Positions 27,428-35,470 of a stretch of DNA of 52,778 bases are shown one piece after another. The notes below the pieces were generated by a model, which searched no databases, had not been told where the DNA came from, and saw only the letters and a program-made list of their open reading frames with translations. The DNA lies in the NCBI GenBank assembly GCA_937892995.1, contig CALBJS010000086.1, forward strand, positions 1-52,778, read 5' to 3'. This DNA comes from an uncultured Peptococcaceae bacterium. Its GTDB lineage: Bacteria > Bacillota > Desulfitobacteriia > Desulfitobacteriales > Syntrophobotulaceae. The position numbers and the translations under genes were made by a program. Position 1 is the stretch's first letter. Every line of letters starts with the position of its first letter.

Positions 27428-28690
27428 ATGAGTCTGGTTTATGTTGGGTTTGTTCCCCATCCGCCAATTGTAGTGCCGGAAATCGGGCGTGGGGAAGAGA
27501 AAGCCAGTGAGGCAACGATTGAGGCTTTTCGAAGACTAGCTAAAGAAGTAGTTAAGATGGAAGTAAAGACTATACTGATAGTATCACCGCATGCTCCGCT
27601 TGCCGATGGCGGTCTTGTCTATCTTGAAGGGAATCCTTTGTCGGGAAGTTTTGTAAGGTTTGGGGCGGGGGAAGTACAATTTAAAAAAGAAGTCAATAAG
27701 GAGATCCTTGAAGCGATTAAAGAGGATATTTCGGACTCTTTTCCGGTGAAGGCAGAGCTTGACCATGGTGTTCTGGTTCCCTTATATTTTTTAAGAGAAG
27801 CTGGTTGGGAAGGAAAGATAGTGGTCTTGAGTATGCCGACGAAAAAACCTGAAGATTACGGAAGAAAGGTCGGACAAATCTTAAGTGATTCCTCCGAGCG
27901 TTGTGCCTTGATCGCCAGTGGTGATCTTTCTCATAGGCTTAAGAAAGACGGACCCTATGGTTTTCATCCTGCGGGACCTAAGGTGGATAATATCATAGTC
28001 AAGGCTTTAAAGAAGGATACTACCTTAGTGAGAGGTATTCCCCATGATTTATTGGAAGAAGCCGCTCAATGCGGCTACAATTCGTTGTTGTTTGCCTTGG
28101 GGGCCAGAGAAGGCTCGGTAAAAGTTTTTTCCTATGAAGGCCCATTCGGGGTAGGATATCTAGTGGCAGAAATCTATCGTTCTTCACCGATTGCCGGTTT
28201 TGCCAGAGAATGCCTTACTTATTACCTTACTGCTCAACCTTTCGACAAACTAATAATTCCAGGGGAACCCCTTTTAAAAGAAAAGAAGAGTTGTTTTGTA
28301 ACCTTAAAAAAAGATGGAAACTTGAGAGGCTGTATCGGTACAGTCCAACCGGTAAGAGAAAACCTCGCTTTAGAGATAAAACATAATGCTATCTCAGCCG
28401 GAACTCAAGATCCACGTTTTTGGCCGCTTCAGGCAGATGAATTATCCCTCATCTCTATTACGGTTGACGTTTTGGGGGATATGGAGAAGATTTCCGGAAC
28501 TGAGGAATTAGATCCTAAGCGTTATGGAGTGGTAGTAAGGCACGGTGGCAAGGTAGGATTGTTGTTACCTCACCTGGATGGGGTAGATACAGTTGAAGAA
28601 CAGCTGCAAATTGCTAAGCAAAAGGCCGGCATCTTCCCTGAAGAAGAAGTGGAGTTATGGAAATTTGAGGTTGACAGATATTTCGAATAA
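27428..28690 (+). CDS. AmmeMemoRadiSam system fusion protein: LigB/Memo-like N-domain + AMMECR1 C-domain
   Basis: N-terminal class III extradiol dioxygenase-like motifs (VPHPPIVVPEIG, SPHAP, ELDHGVLVPL, SGDLSHRL). C-terminal AMMECR1 motif CFVTLKKDGNLRGCIGT. ATG at 27428 follows ggagg. Confidence 0.8.
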   Translation: MSLVYVGFVPHPPIVVPEIGRGEEKASEATIEAFRRLAKEVVKMEVKTILIVSPHAPLADGGLVYLEGNPLSGSFVRFGAGEVQFKKEVNKEILEAIKEDISDSFPVKAELDHGVLVPLYFLREAGWEGKIVVLSMPTKKPEDYGRKVGQILSDSSERCALIASGDLSHRLKKDGPYGFHPAGPKVDNIIVKALKKDTTLVRGIPHDLLEEAAQCGYNSLLFALGAREGSVKVFSYEGPFGVGYLVAEIYRSSPIAGFARECLTYYLTAQPFDKLIIPGEPLLKEKKSCFVTLKKDGNLRGCIGTVQPVRENLALEIKHNAISAGTQDPRFWPLQADELSLISITVDVLGDMEKISGTEELDPKRYGVVVRHGGKVGLLLPHLDGVDTVEEQLQIAKQKAGIFPEEEVELWKFEVDRYFE

Positions 28691-28721
28691 AGGTTTTTAA
28701 CTACTTATGTGGAGGATTTTT

Positions 28722-29669
28722 ATGACCGAAGTAGTACAATGTTCCCTTTGTCCACATCATTGTAAACTTCGAGAGGGTCAAACCGGATTATGTAAGGCTA
28801 GGAGCCATAAGAATGGGGAGATAGTAGCTCTTACTTATGGCGAAGTAGCAGCTTGGCATCTTGATCCGATCGAGAAAAAACCTCTATATCATTTTTATCC
28901 AGGGAGTTGGATCTTTTCGGCAGGGGGTTATGGCTGTAATCTCAAATGTTTTTTTTGCCAAAATTATGAAATCTCCCAAAAAACCGAAAGAGGTCAGCAG
29001 GTATCTCCTGAAGAGCTTGCCCGATTATCGACGGAGAATCAATCTATTGGGATTTGTTTTACTTATTCAGAACCTTTAATGTGGTACGAGATGATAGCTC
29101 AGACCGCTCCTCGGGTGAAGAACCAAGGAGGAAAGGTAGCCCTGGTCAGTAACGGGATTATAGAGGGTGAACACCTGGAAAAGATTATTCCCTATCTTGA
29201 TGCTGTAAACATCGATATTAAGGGTTTTACAGAAGAATTCTATCAGAAATATACGGGTGGAAAGCTGGAGTGGGTTCTTAATACGGTAGAAAGATTAGCT
29301 GGAAGGGTTCATACGGAGGTTACGACATTGGTTATTCCCGGTTTGAATGACAGCCCTGAGGAAATAAGAGCTCTGGCCAAATGGCTTGCCAGACTCGGGG
29401 TTCCTGTGGCCTGGCATTTGAGCAGGTACTATCCAATGTATAAATGTAACATCCCGGCAACTGAAGAAGGGAAACTTCGGGAACTTAAGAAGCTGGCTAA
29501 GGAATATCTTCCATATGTTTACCTTGGTAATATGCCGGGGGAGAACACAACATATTGTCCGAAGTGTGACAGGGAAGTGATTCTTAGGGGGTGGTCTGTA
29601 AAGATGAAGACTGAGGGTGGTAAGTGTCTGTACTGTGGACAGAAGATCTGGGGAATAGGGTTGCCCTAA
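28722..29669 (+). CDS. AmmeMemoRadiSam system radical SAM enzyme
   Basis: N-terminal CSLCPHHC...C motif, radical SAM CNLKCFFCQN, C-terminal CPKC...CLYCG. Immediately follows the AMMECR1 fusion gene. Confidence 0.85.
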   Translation: MTEVVQCSLCPHHCKLREGQTGLCKARSHKNGEIVALTYGEVAAWHLDPIEKKPLYHFYPGSWIFSAGGYGCNLKCFFCQNYEISQKTERGQQVSPEELARLSTENQSIGICFTYSEPLMWYEMIAQTAPRVKNQGGKVALVSNGIIEGEHLEKIIPYLDAVNIDIKGFTEEFYQKYTGGKLEWVLNTVERLAGRVHTEVTTLVIPGLNDSPEEIRALAKWLARLGVPVAWHLSRYYPMYKCNIPATEEGKLRELKKLAKEYLPYVYLGNMPGENTTYCPKCDREVILRGWSVKMKTEGGKCLYCGQKIWGIGLP

Positions 29670-29814
29670 ATAACACCATTTATCATAGAAAAAGTAAATA
29701 ATGCAAAAAACATGATCCATAAATTAGGCTGAGAAGTGTTAGGAAGATAGACAAAGCAGCAAGGGGCTATACTGCTTTAAGTTGTTATGAAGATAATTAA
29801 GAGAGGTGTAGGGA

Positions 29815-30375
29815 TTGAGCGGTACATCAGCTTCTTCAGACAATATGGTGTTTTACTGGATAGAACCTATAGTTAAGGGTGAGGCTAACTGGATTTTGTT
29901 CACAGCGGTATGTCAACAAGGCCTACTGATGAGCGGCCTGGGAAGGGGTCCAAAAGATGAAGAAAGCTACCTTAAGGAGTTGGCGATCCTAGTTAAGAGA
30001 TATTTGCCGGGTAGTAGTATAGTACGGGATAGAGAAGCTAATCTCGAGGTTATTAAGGAATTAAGAGAATACTTGGGGGGACAACGCCGTGAGTTTGCCA
30101 TAAAGCTCTATCCTTTGGGTACGGAGTTCCAGTTGAAGGTCTGGCAGGAACTAACCAGGATACCTTACGGAGAGACCTGTAGTTATTCCGATATAGCTAG
30201 GAAAGTAGGATGCTCGCAAGGGCAACGGGCTGTTGGGCTGGCGAATAACAGGAATCCGTTGGGAGTCGTGGTTCCTTGTCACCGGGTGATCGGAAAAAAA
30301 GGAGACTTGGTAGGTTATGCCGGAGGATTAGAGATAAAAAGGATGCTGCTTGAATTGGAGAAACAGGGAAAGTAG
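29815..30375 (+). CDS. ogt: Methylated-DNA--protein-cysteine methyltransferase
   Basis: Active-site motif VPCHRVIG and the helix-turn-wing region YSDIARKVGCSQGQRAVGLANNRNP. Confidence 0.85.
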   Translation: MSGTSASSDNMVFYWIEPIVKGEANWILFTAVCQQGLLMSGLGRGPKDEESYLKELAILVKRYLPGSSIVRDREANLEVIKELREYLGGQRREFAIKLYPLGTEFQLKVWQELTRIPYGETCSYSDIARKVGCSQGQRAVGLANNRNPLGVVVPCHRVIGKKGDLVGYAGGLEIKRMLLELEKQGK

Positions 30376-30384
30376 AGATAATTC

Positions 30385-31302
30385 ATGGATAAACGTTACC
30401 ATACTTTAAATGAGCATCTACGGAAAGTATTCGGGGAAAAAGTAATTAAAGTCTCGCTTGACGCCGGTCTTAGTTGCCCCAATAGGGATGGAACTTTAAG
30501 TTATGGAGGATGTATCTTCTGTAGCGAACGAGGCTCAGGCGATTTTGCAGGGGAGAGAGGTTTATCCATAGAACAACAATTCGCTCAAGTACGGGCAAGA
30601 ACCCTGAAAAAGTGGCCCAGAGCGAAATATATAGCTTATTTTCAGTCCTTCACCGGAACTTATGGATCGACAGAATACCTAAAAATGTTGTATGAAGAAG
30701 CTTTAAGACAAGAAGGGGTAGTCGGCCTATCTATCTCTACCAGACCAGACTGTCTATCTGAAGAAATTCTGGCTGTTCTGGCTGAATTGAATAAGAAAAC
30801 CTATTTATGGGTGGAGCTAGGCTTGCAATCCGTACATGATAAAACTTTGGAATGGATGAACAGGGGACATGATTTTAATTGTTTTATCAAAGCACTTAAT
30901 AACCTTGAGCAAAGAAATATTAGAGTTTGTGCTCATATTATCTTAGGGCTGCCTTGTGAGAATAGGCAGGAGATGCTGGATACAGCTCAAGCAGTGGCTA
31001 GGCTGTCTATTCAAGGTATTAAGCTTCATTCCCTCCACATTTTAAGGGGCACACCCCTTGCCAAGATCTATGCTAAGGAAAGGTTTAGACTCCTTACTAT
31101 GGGGGAATACATAGAGTTAGTAGTAGATATCTTGGAGATCTTACCGAGAAACATTATTATCCATAGGCTGATGGGAGATGGTCCGGCTGCAGATGTGATA
31201 GCCCCGGAATGGACTCGTCGAAAATGGGAGGTCTTAAACGGAATAGACAAAGAGATGGCTAAGAGGGATAGTTACCAAGGGGAAAAAATAATTAAATTTT
31301 AA
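30385..31302 (+). CDS. TIGR01212-family radical SAM protein
   Basis: Family-typical cysteine motif (LSCPNRDGTLSYGGCIFC) and overall length and pattern of the YhcC/TIGR01212 family. Confidence 0.85.
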   Translation: MDKRYHTLNEHLRKVFGEKVIKVSLDAGLSCPNRDGTLSYGGCIFCSERGSGDFAGERGLSIEQQFAQVRARTLKKWPRAKYIAYFQSFTGTYGSTEYLKMLYEEALRQEGVVGLSISTRPDCLSEEILAVLAELNKKTYLWVELGLQSVHDKTLEWMNRGHDFNCFIKALNNLEQRNIRVCAHIILGLPCENRQEMLDTAQAVARLSIQGIKLHSLHILRGTPLAKIYAKERFRLLTMGEYIELVVDILEILPRNIIIHRLMGDGPAADVIAPEWTRRKWEVLNGIDKEMAKRDSYQGEKIIKF

Positions 31303-31327
31303 AAAGGATAAATTATTGTCACATAGT

Positions 31328-31364
31328 AAAACCCCTTCAGGCATCGCCTAAGGGGTTTTATTTT
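31328..31364. terminator. Bidirectional intrinsic terminator
   Basis: aaaacccctt-12 nt-aaggggtttt, flanked by A-run and T-run. Lies between convergent genes. Confidence 0.65.
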
Positions 31365-31415
31365 AAAATGATTAGATTTTTTCCTTATTTAAGTTTTTTA
31401 ATAAATCAATGTTCT

Positions 31416-32669
31416 TTAATGATTTTCGTAATGCACAATTTTCCCTTCCCAAGTTCTGAGTACTGCCTCGTGTTCGTCCAAGGAGAGAAGATATTGTGGT
31501 AGGATGGGCGTCTTACCACCGCCTTTAGGTGCATTGATGATATAAGTGGGCACCGCTAAGCCGGATGTAAAGCCCCTTAAGGCTTCCATAATAGCGATAC
31601 CTTCTTGGATTGAGGGGATAAAGTGTCTAGTACCTTTTACATTCTTAGCGTGAAATATATAGTAAGGACGTATACGAATCTTGAGCAGCTCCTGGTTTAA
31701 CTTTTTCATAATATGAGGGTTGTTATTGATGCCTTTTAAAAGGACAGCTTGATTACCTAGAATCACTCCGGCTGAGACTAATTTGTCCGCAGCTATCTTG
31801 GCTTCTAAAGTAACTTCTTTGGCATGGTTGAACTGAGTATTAATATAAATCGGAGGGTATTTGGCTAAGATGAACATGAGGTTATCAGTAATACGCATGG
31901 GCAGAGTAACAGGTACCCTAGTGCCAATACGTTTAATTTCAACATGAGGGATAGAGTGCAGTTCCCCAAGTAGCCAATCTAAGGTACCATCACTTAGAAG
32001 GAGAGCATCCCCCCCGGTTATCAGAACATCCCTGATCTCAGGGTTGGCACGTACGTAATCTAAGGCTTGCACCAGATTATCTCTGTTTTTATGGGCGTCC
32101 GTCTCCCCAATGTTGCGACGGCGTTGACAATGACGACAATACATGCCGCAGATATTGGTAACATTTATAATAAGCCGATCCGGGTAACGTCTCGTAATAC
32201 AGGGTGCGGGAGAGGTAAAAGCTTCACCCATAGGATCATCTTCCCCGCTTGAATCAAGTAGTTCTTCAGCTTTTGGTATTCCTTGAAGAATTATAGGATC
32301 ATTAAGAGTGTTAAAATTCATCAGACTAAGGTAGTAAGGCGAAACAGCCCATCGATAAGTTCTACCAACTTCAGCGATTTCAAGTTGGTGTTCTTCTGTT
32401 AAGGGAAATATGGAATTTAAAGTATTAACATCAGTGATTCTGTGCCGCATTTGCCAACGCCAGTCTTCCCAATCAGCCTGGGTGGCATTGAAATGAGTAA
32501 GGATTCTTTCTTTCTGGATAGAGTAAAATTCTGTTAAATTAAATCCGGTGAGTAAATCCTTAGTCTTATCCAAGTAAGGTTCGATCTGTTTTTTCAGTTC
32601 TGTGGCCCGAATTAAGGAATAGCCACGCAACTCATTATCACGGTTAAAAAGTTCCAGAGCCAAACGCAT
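31416..32669 (-). CDS. eam: KamA-family radical SAM/PLP aminomutase, predicted glutamate 2,3-aminomutase
   Basis: CGMYCRHCQRRR cluster motif and PLP lysine in GGGK. Lys342 (YIFHAKNV) and Asn379 (YIINAP) occupy the positions of the lysine-binding Asp293/Asp330 of clostridial lysine 2,3-aminomutase. Confidence 0.75.
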   Translation of the reverse strand: MRLALELFNRDNELRGYSLIRATELKKQIEPYLDKTKDLLTGFNLTEFYSIQKERILTHFNATQADWEDWRWQMRHRITDVNTLNSIFPLTEEHQLEIAEVGRTYRWAVSPYYLSLMNFNTLNDPIILQGIPKAEELLDSSGEDDPMGEAFTSPAPCITRRYPDRLIINVTNICGMYCRHCQRRRNIGETDAHKNRDNLVQALDYVRANPEIRDVLITGGDALLLSDGTLDWLLGELHSIPHVEIKRIGTRVPVTLPMRITDNLMFILAKYPPIYINTQFNHAKEVTLEAKIAADKLVSAGVILGNQAVLLKGINNNPHIMKKLNQELLKIRIRPYYIFHAKNVKGTRHFIPSIQEGIAIMEALRGFTSGLAVPTYIINAPKGGGKTPILPQYLLSLDEHEAVLRTWEGKIVHYENH

Positions 32670-32783
32670 CCTCCTCCCTAAAAAACAGTTTAAAAATATA
32701 GATTTAAGTTCTAATGCTAATAGAATATTATACTGACAACCAATACTACCACGGGAAGTTGCCAGATGTCAAGAGGGGAAAAA

Positions 32784-32814
32784 TCCAAAATAATTCCTGG
32801 GAAATTATTTTGGA
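32784..32814. promoter_or_regulatory. 12-bp perfect inverted repeat in the divergent intergenic region (candidate operator)
   Basis: tccaaaataatt-N7-aattattttgga. Located between the aminomutase gene and the GntR/TrkA-C regulator gene. Confidence 0.4.
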
Positions 32815-32943
32815 ATTTATCCTGAATTTACTTATTAAAGGCATAGCATTGTTTTAAATAGGCTATTACTGTAGAATTATGGTGGGTAAGTGGAAATACA
32901 ATTATCCATTTTCCGAATATATTTGAAAGTAAGGGGATTTGTC

Positions 32944-33546
32944 TTGGAACTGGCGAGATATCAGGAAATAGCAAATGAGATTGCCCATGCTATTGTCCTG
33001 GGGGAATATCGTGAGGGTGATAAGGTTCACGGAAGATCTACGTTGGCAGGGAGATTCAATGTTTCTCCTGAAACTATTCGGAGGTCTATAGCCATTCTTC
33101 AGAGTGAAGGAGTTGTAGCTGTAAAGCAAGGAATCGGTATCATCGTTAGCTCCAAAATACAAGCAGAAAAGTTTTTAAGGTCTTTTGATCAAAAGAACGA
33201 GGTTCAGCTTTTTATAGAAGAACTTAAGGAACTGATGGAAACGAGAAGGGAAATTGATAGACAGATAGATACTTTACTTACTAAGATTTCTACTTATGCA
33301 GATAGATTTATTACTCGCTGGAACGATGTTGCTGAGATCGAGGTTAATGCTAATTCAGCGGCAGAAGGACGTACCTTAAGGGAGCTCAAAGTCCGAGAAA
33401 TGACTGGGGCTACAATAGTAGGTGTGGTAAGAGATGGCTTTGAGAATTTTTCTCCTGAGGCTGATTATATTCTTCAGAAGGGGGATATCCTTCTCGCTGT
33501 AAGTGCAGATGAAGGAAGAGAAAAACTTGAATATTTACTAAAATGA
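32944..33546 (+). CDS. GntR-family transcriptional regulator with C-terminal TrkA-C (RCK_C) domain
   Basis: GntR winged-helix (RSTLAGRFNVSPETIRRSIAILQSEGVV) and TrkA-C motif (GRTLRELKVREMTGATIVGVVRDG...GDILLAV). TTG at 32944 follows RBS aagggga. Confidence 0.8.
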   Translation: MELARYQEIANEIAHAIVLGEYREGDKVHGRSTLAGRFNVSPETIRRSIAILQSEGVVAVKQGIGIIVSSKIQAEKFLRSFDQKNEVQLFIEELKELMETRREIDRQIDTLLTKISTYADRFITRWNDVAEIEVNANSAAEGRTLRELKVREMTGATIVGVVRDGFENFSPEADYILQKGDILLAVSADEGREKLEYLLK

Positions 33547-33584
33547 TTCGTGGTTAAGCAAATTAAAAACGGGGAGGAATAGAA

Positions 33585-34907
33585 ATGAACCCCGATCTAA
33601 AACGTAGATTGCTTGCTAATAAAAAGTATATAATAGCTTTAGGTGTTGGGTTAGAGTTAGCTATCGGCTTCCTCTTCCAGAATATTATATTAGTATTATT
33701 TTTTTTAGTTCTAAATGGTGTATTGCTCTACCTAGCCTTAAACTCGCTAGAAATGAAGTGTTTTCCCAAAAGTCCACTCCGAAACCCAGAATTGAGTGTT
33801 AAGATCGCTCATGAAACCCTTCCTTATTTAAGGAGAGGATTAAATGAGCAAAATGCTGAAGCTATAGCTAGGATTATTCAAGAGATTGCTCAAGTTGCGG
33901 CGGTTTCTATCACAGATTGTGAGAGGCAGCTTGCTTACCTCGGGGCGGGATGTGACAGGCATCATCCGGGGGATAAGATTCTTACTGAAGCTACCAGAGA
34001 AGTAATAAGAACTTGTCATCATAAGATAGTGCAGACCCAGCAAGAGTTAAACTGTCCTTTAACAGATAGTTGTAATTGCCCCTTGGCAGCTGCGGTTATA
34101 GTTCCTCTTGTCTGCCGGGGTAAGGTTGTCGGAACTTTTAAACTCTATGAAACAAAAGATGGTAAGATGTCACCTGATCTTATAAGACTAGCCCTGGGGA
34201 TGGGGCAAATTCTTAGTCTGCAGGTAGAACTAGCCGAACTTGACCATCAGGCTAATTTGGCCACAGTAGCTAAACTAGATGCTCTGCAGGCCCAGATTAA
34301 TCCGCATTTTTTCTTTAATGTCATGAACACTATCATAGCTACCAGCCGTTCTAATCCTAATCGTACCAGGAGGCTCCTTATCCACTTTGCCGAATTCTTT
34401 AGGAAGGCCTTAAAATCTAAAGGGAATTTGATTTCTTTGAAAGAAGAGATGGAGTTCGTCAATACTTATCTCGTACTTGAAAAAGCTAGGTTCGGTAAAA
34501 AACTTAAAATCAAGTCGGAGATACCCCATGATCTTTTAGATGCAGAAGTACCAAGGCTGTGTATTCAACCCTTGGTGGAAAATGCTGTCAAACATGGGGT
34601 CACACCATTGCTTACGAATGGCACTGTGCTTATTCGGGTGAACAGGATTGAGTCGGAGAGTGGAGATTTAGAGTTATTAATTGAAATAATCGATGATGGC
34701 ATGGGAATTGAGAAAGAAAGATTGAAAGATGTTCTTCTGCCCGGTGTCGGTTCCGGCAACGGGGGGGGCATGGCTAATGTTCATGCCCGTTTACAGGGTT
34801 TATATGGAGAAGAGTACGGTCTGAAAATTAAAAGTGAGCCGGGGGAAGGTACTACTGTGAGTATGAGGTTGCCCTATTCCAGGGTGATGGAACAGGATGT
34901 TTCTTAA
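33585..34907 (+). CDS. LytS/YehU-type sensor histidine kinase with 2 TM helices and a Cys/His-rich cytoplasmic sensor domain
   Basis: His_kinase motif QINPHFFFNVMN and HATPase_c motifs (VENAVKHG, DDGMGI, GSGNGGGMANV). No response regulator gene is adjacent. Confidence 0.85.
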   Translation: MNPDLKRRLLANKKYIIALGVGLELAIGFLFQNIILVLFFLVLNGVLLYLALNSLEMKCFPKSPLRNPELSVKIAHETLPYLRRGLNEQNAEAIARIIQEIAQVAAVSITDCERQLAYLGAGCDRHHPGDKILTEATREVIRTCHHKIVQTQQELNCPLTDSCNCPLAAAVIVPLVCRGKVVGTFKLYETKDGKMSPDLIRLALGMGQILSLQVELAELDHQANLATVAKLDALQAQINPHFFFNVMNTIIATSRSNPNRTRRLLIHFAEFFRKALKSKGNLISLKEEMEFVNTYLVLEKARFGKKLKIKSEIPHDLLDAEVPRLCIQPLVENAVKHGVTPLLTNGTVLIRVNRIESESGDLELLIEIIDDGMGIEKERLKDVLLPGVGSGNGGGMANVHARLQGLYGEEYGLKIKSEPGEGTTVSMRLPYSRVMEQDVS

Positions 34908-34927
34908 AAAACTTTTGGGGTGTTATC

Positions 34928-35302
34928 ATGTATCCAGGCATAGATATTATCGAGATATCGAGATTTATTAAGGCTTGCAAGAGGCAATCCCGCTTAATGA
35001 GTAGGCTTTTTACCGCTAGGGAGTTGGAGGTGTTAAAGGCCAGAAATCCTGCTTCACTGGCAGTGAGATTTGCTGGTAAGGAAGCTGTCCTTAAAGCTTT
35101 AGGTACGGGGTTGAGGGGCCTTTCTTGGCATGATATTGAGATTCTGGATAATGAACTAGGTGAACCGATCGTTTATTTGAGTGCTAAGGCTAAAGCTATC
35201 GCCGAATCCAGGGGAGGAAAATATGTAAGGATAAGCCTTTCCCACAGCAAAGATAATGCTGTGGCCATAGCTATTCTCTATTGTGGTGCTCTGAATGAAT
35301 GA
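34928..35302 (+). CDS. acpS: Holo-[acyl-carrier-protein] synthase
   Basis: 124 aa, GIDIIEISRF start and FAGKEAVLKALGTG motif. Confidence 0.9.
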   Translation: MYPGIDIIEISRFIKACKRQSRLMSRLFTARELEVLKARNPASLAVRFAGKEAVLKALGTGLRGLSWHDIEILDNELGEPIVYLSAKAKAIAESRGGKYVRISLSHSKDNAVAIAILYCGALNE

Positions 35303-35344
35303 TAAACAATACTATTCTTTATTCTAATAGAAAAAAGATGATCT

Positions 35345-35393
35345 ATCCCCTCCAAATTACCGCAAGTTACTTAAAGGGGATTTTTTTCTTTTT
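35345..35393 (+). terminator. Intrinsic terminator after acpS
   Basis: atcccct ... aggggat stem followed by tttttttctttttt. Confidence 0.5.
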
Positions 35394-35470
35394 TATCTAG
35401 AAAGTCTACGTTATAATATAAAGTGAGATTATTTTAATTTTAAAACAGAGAGGCTAGGAGGACTACCCGC

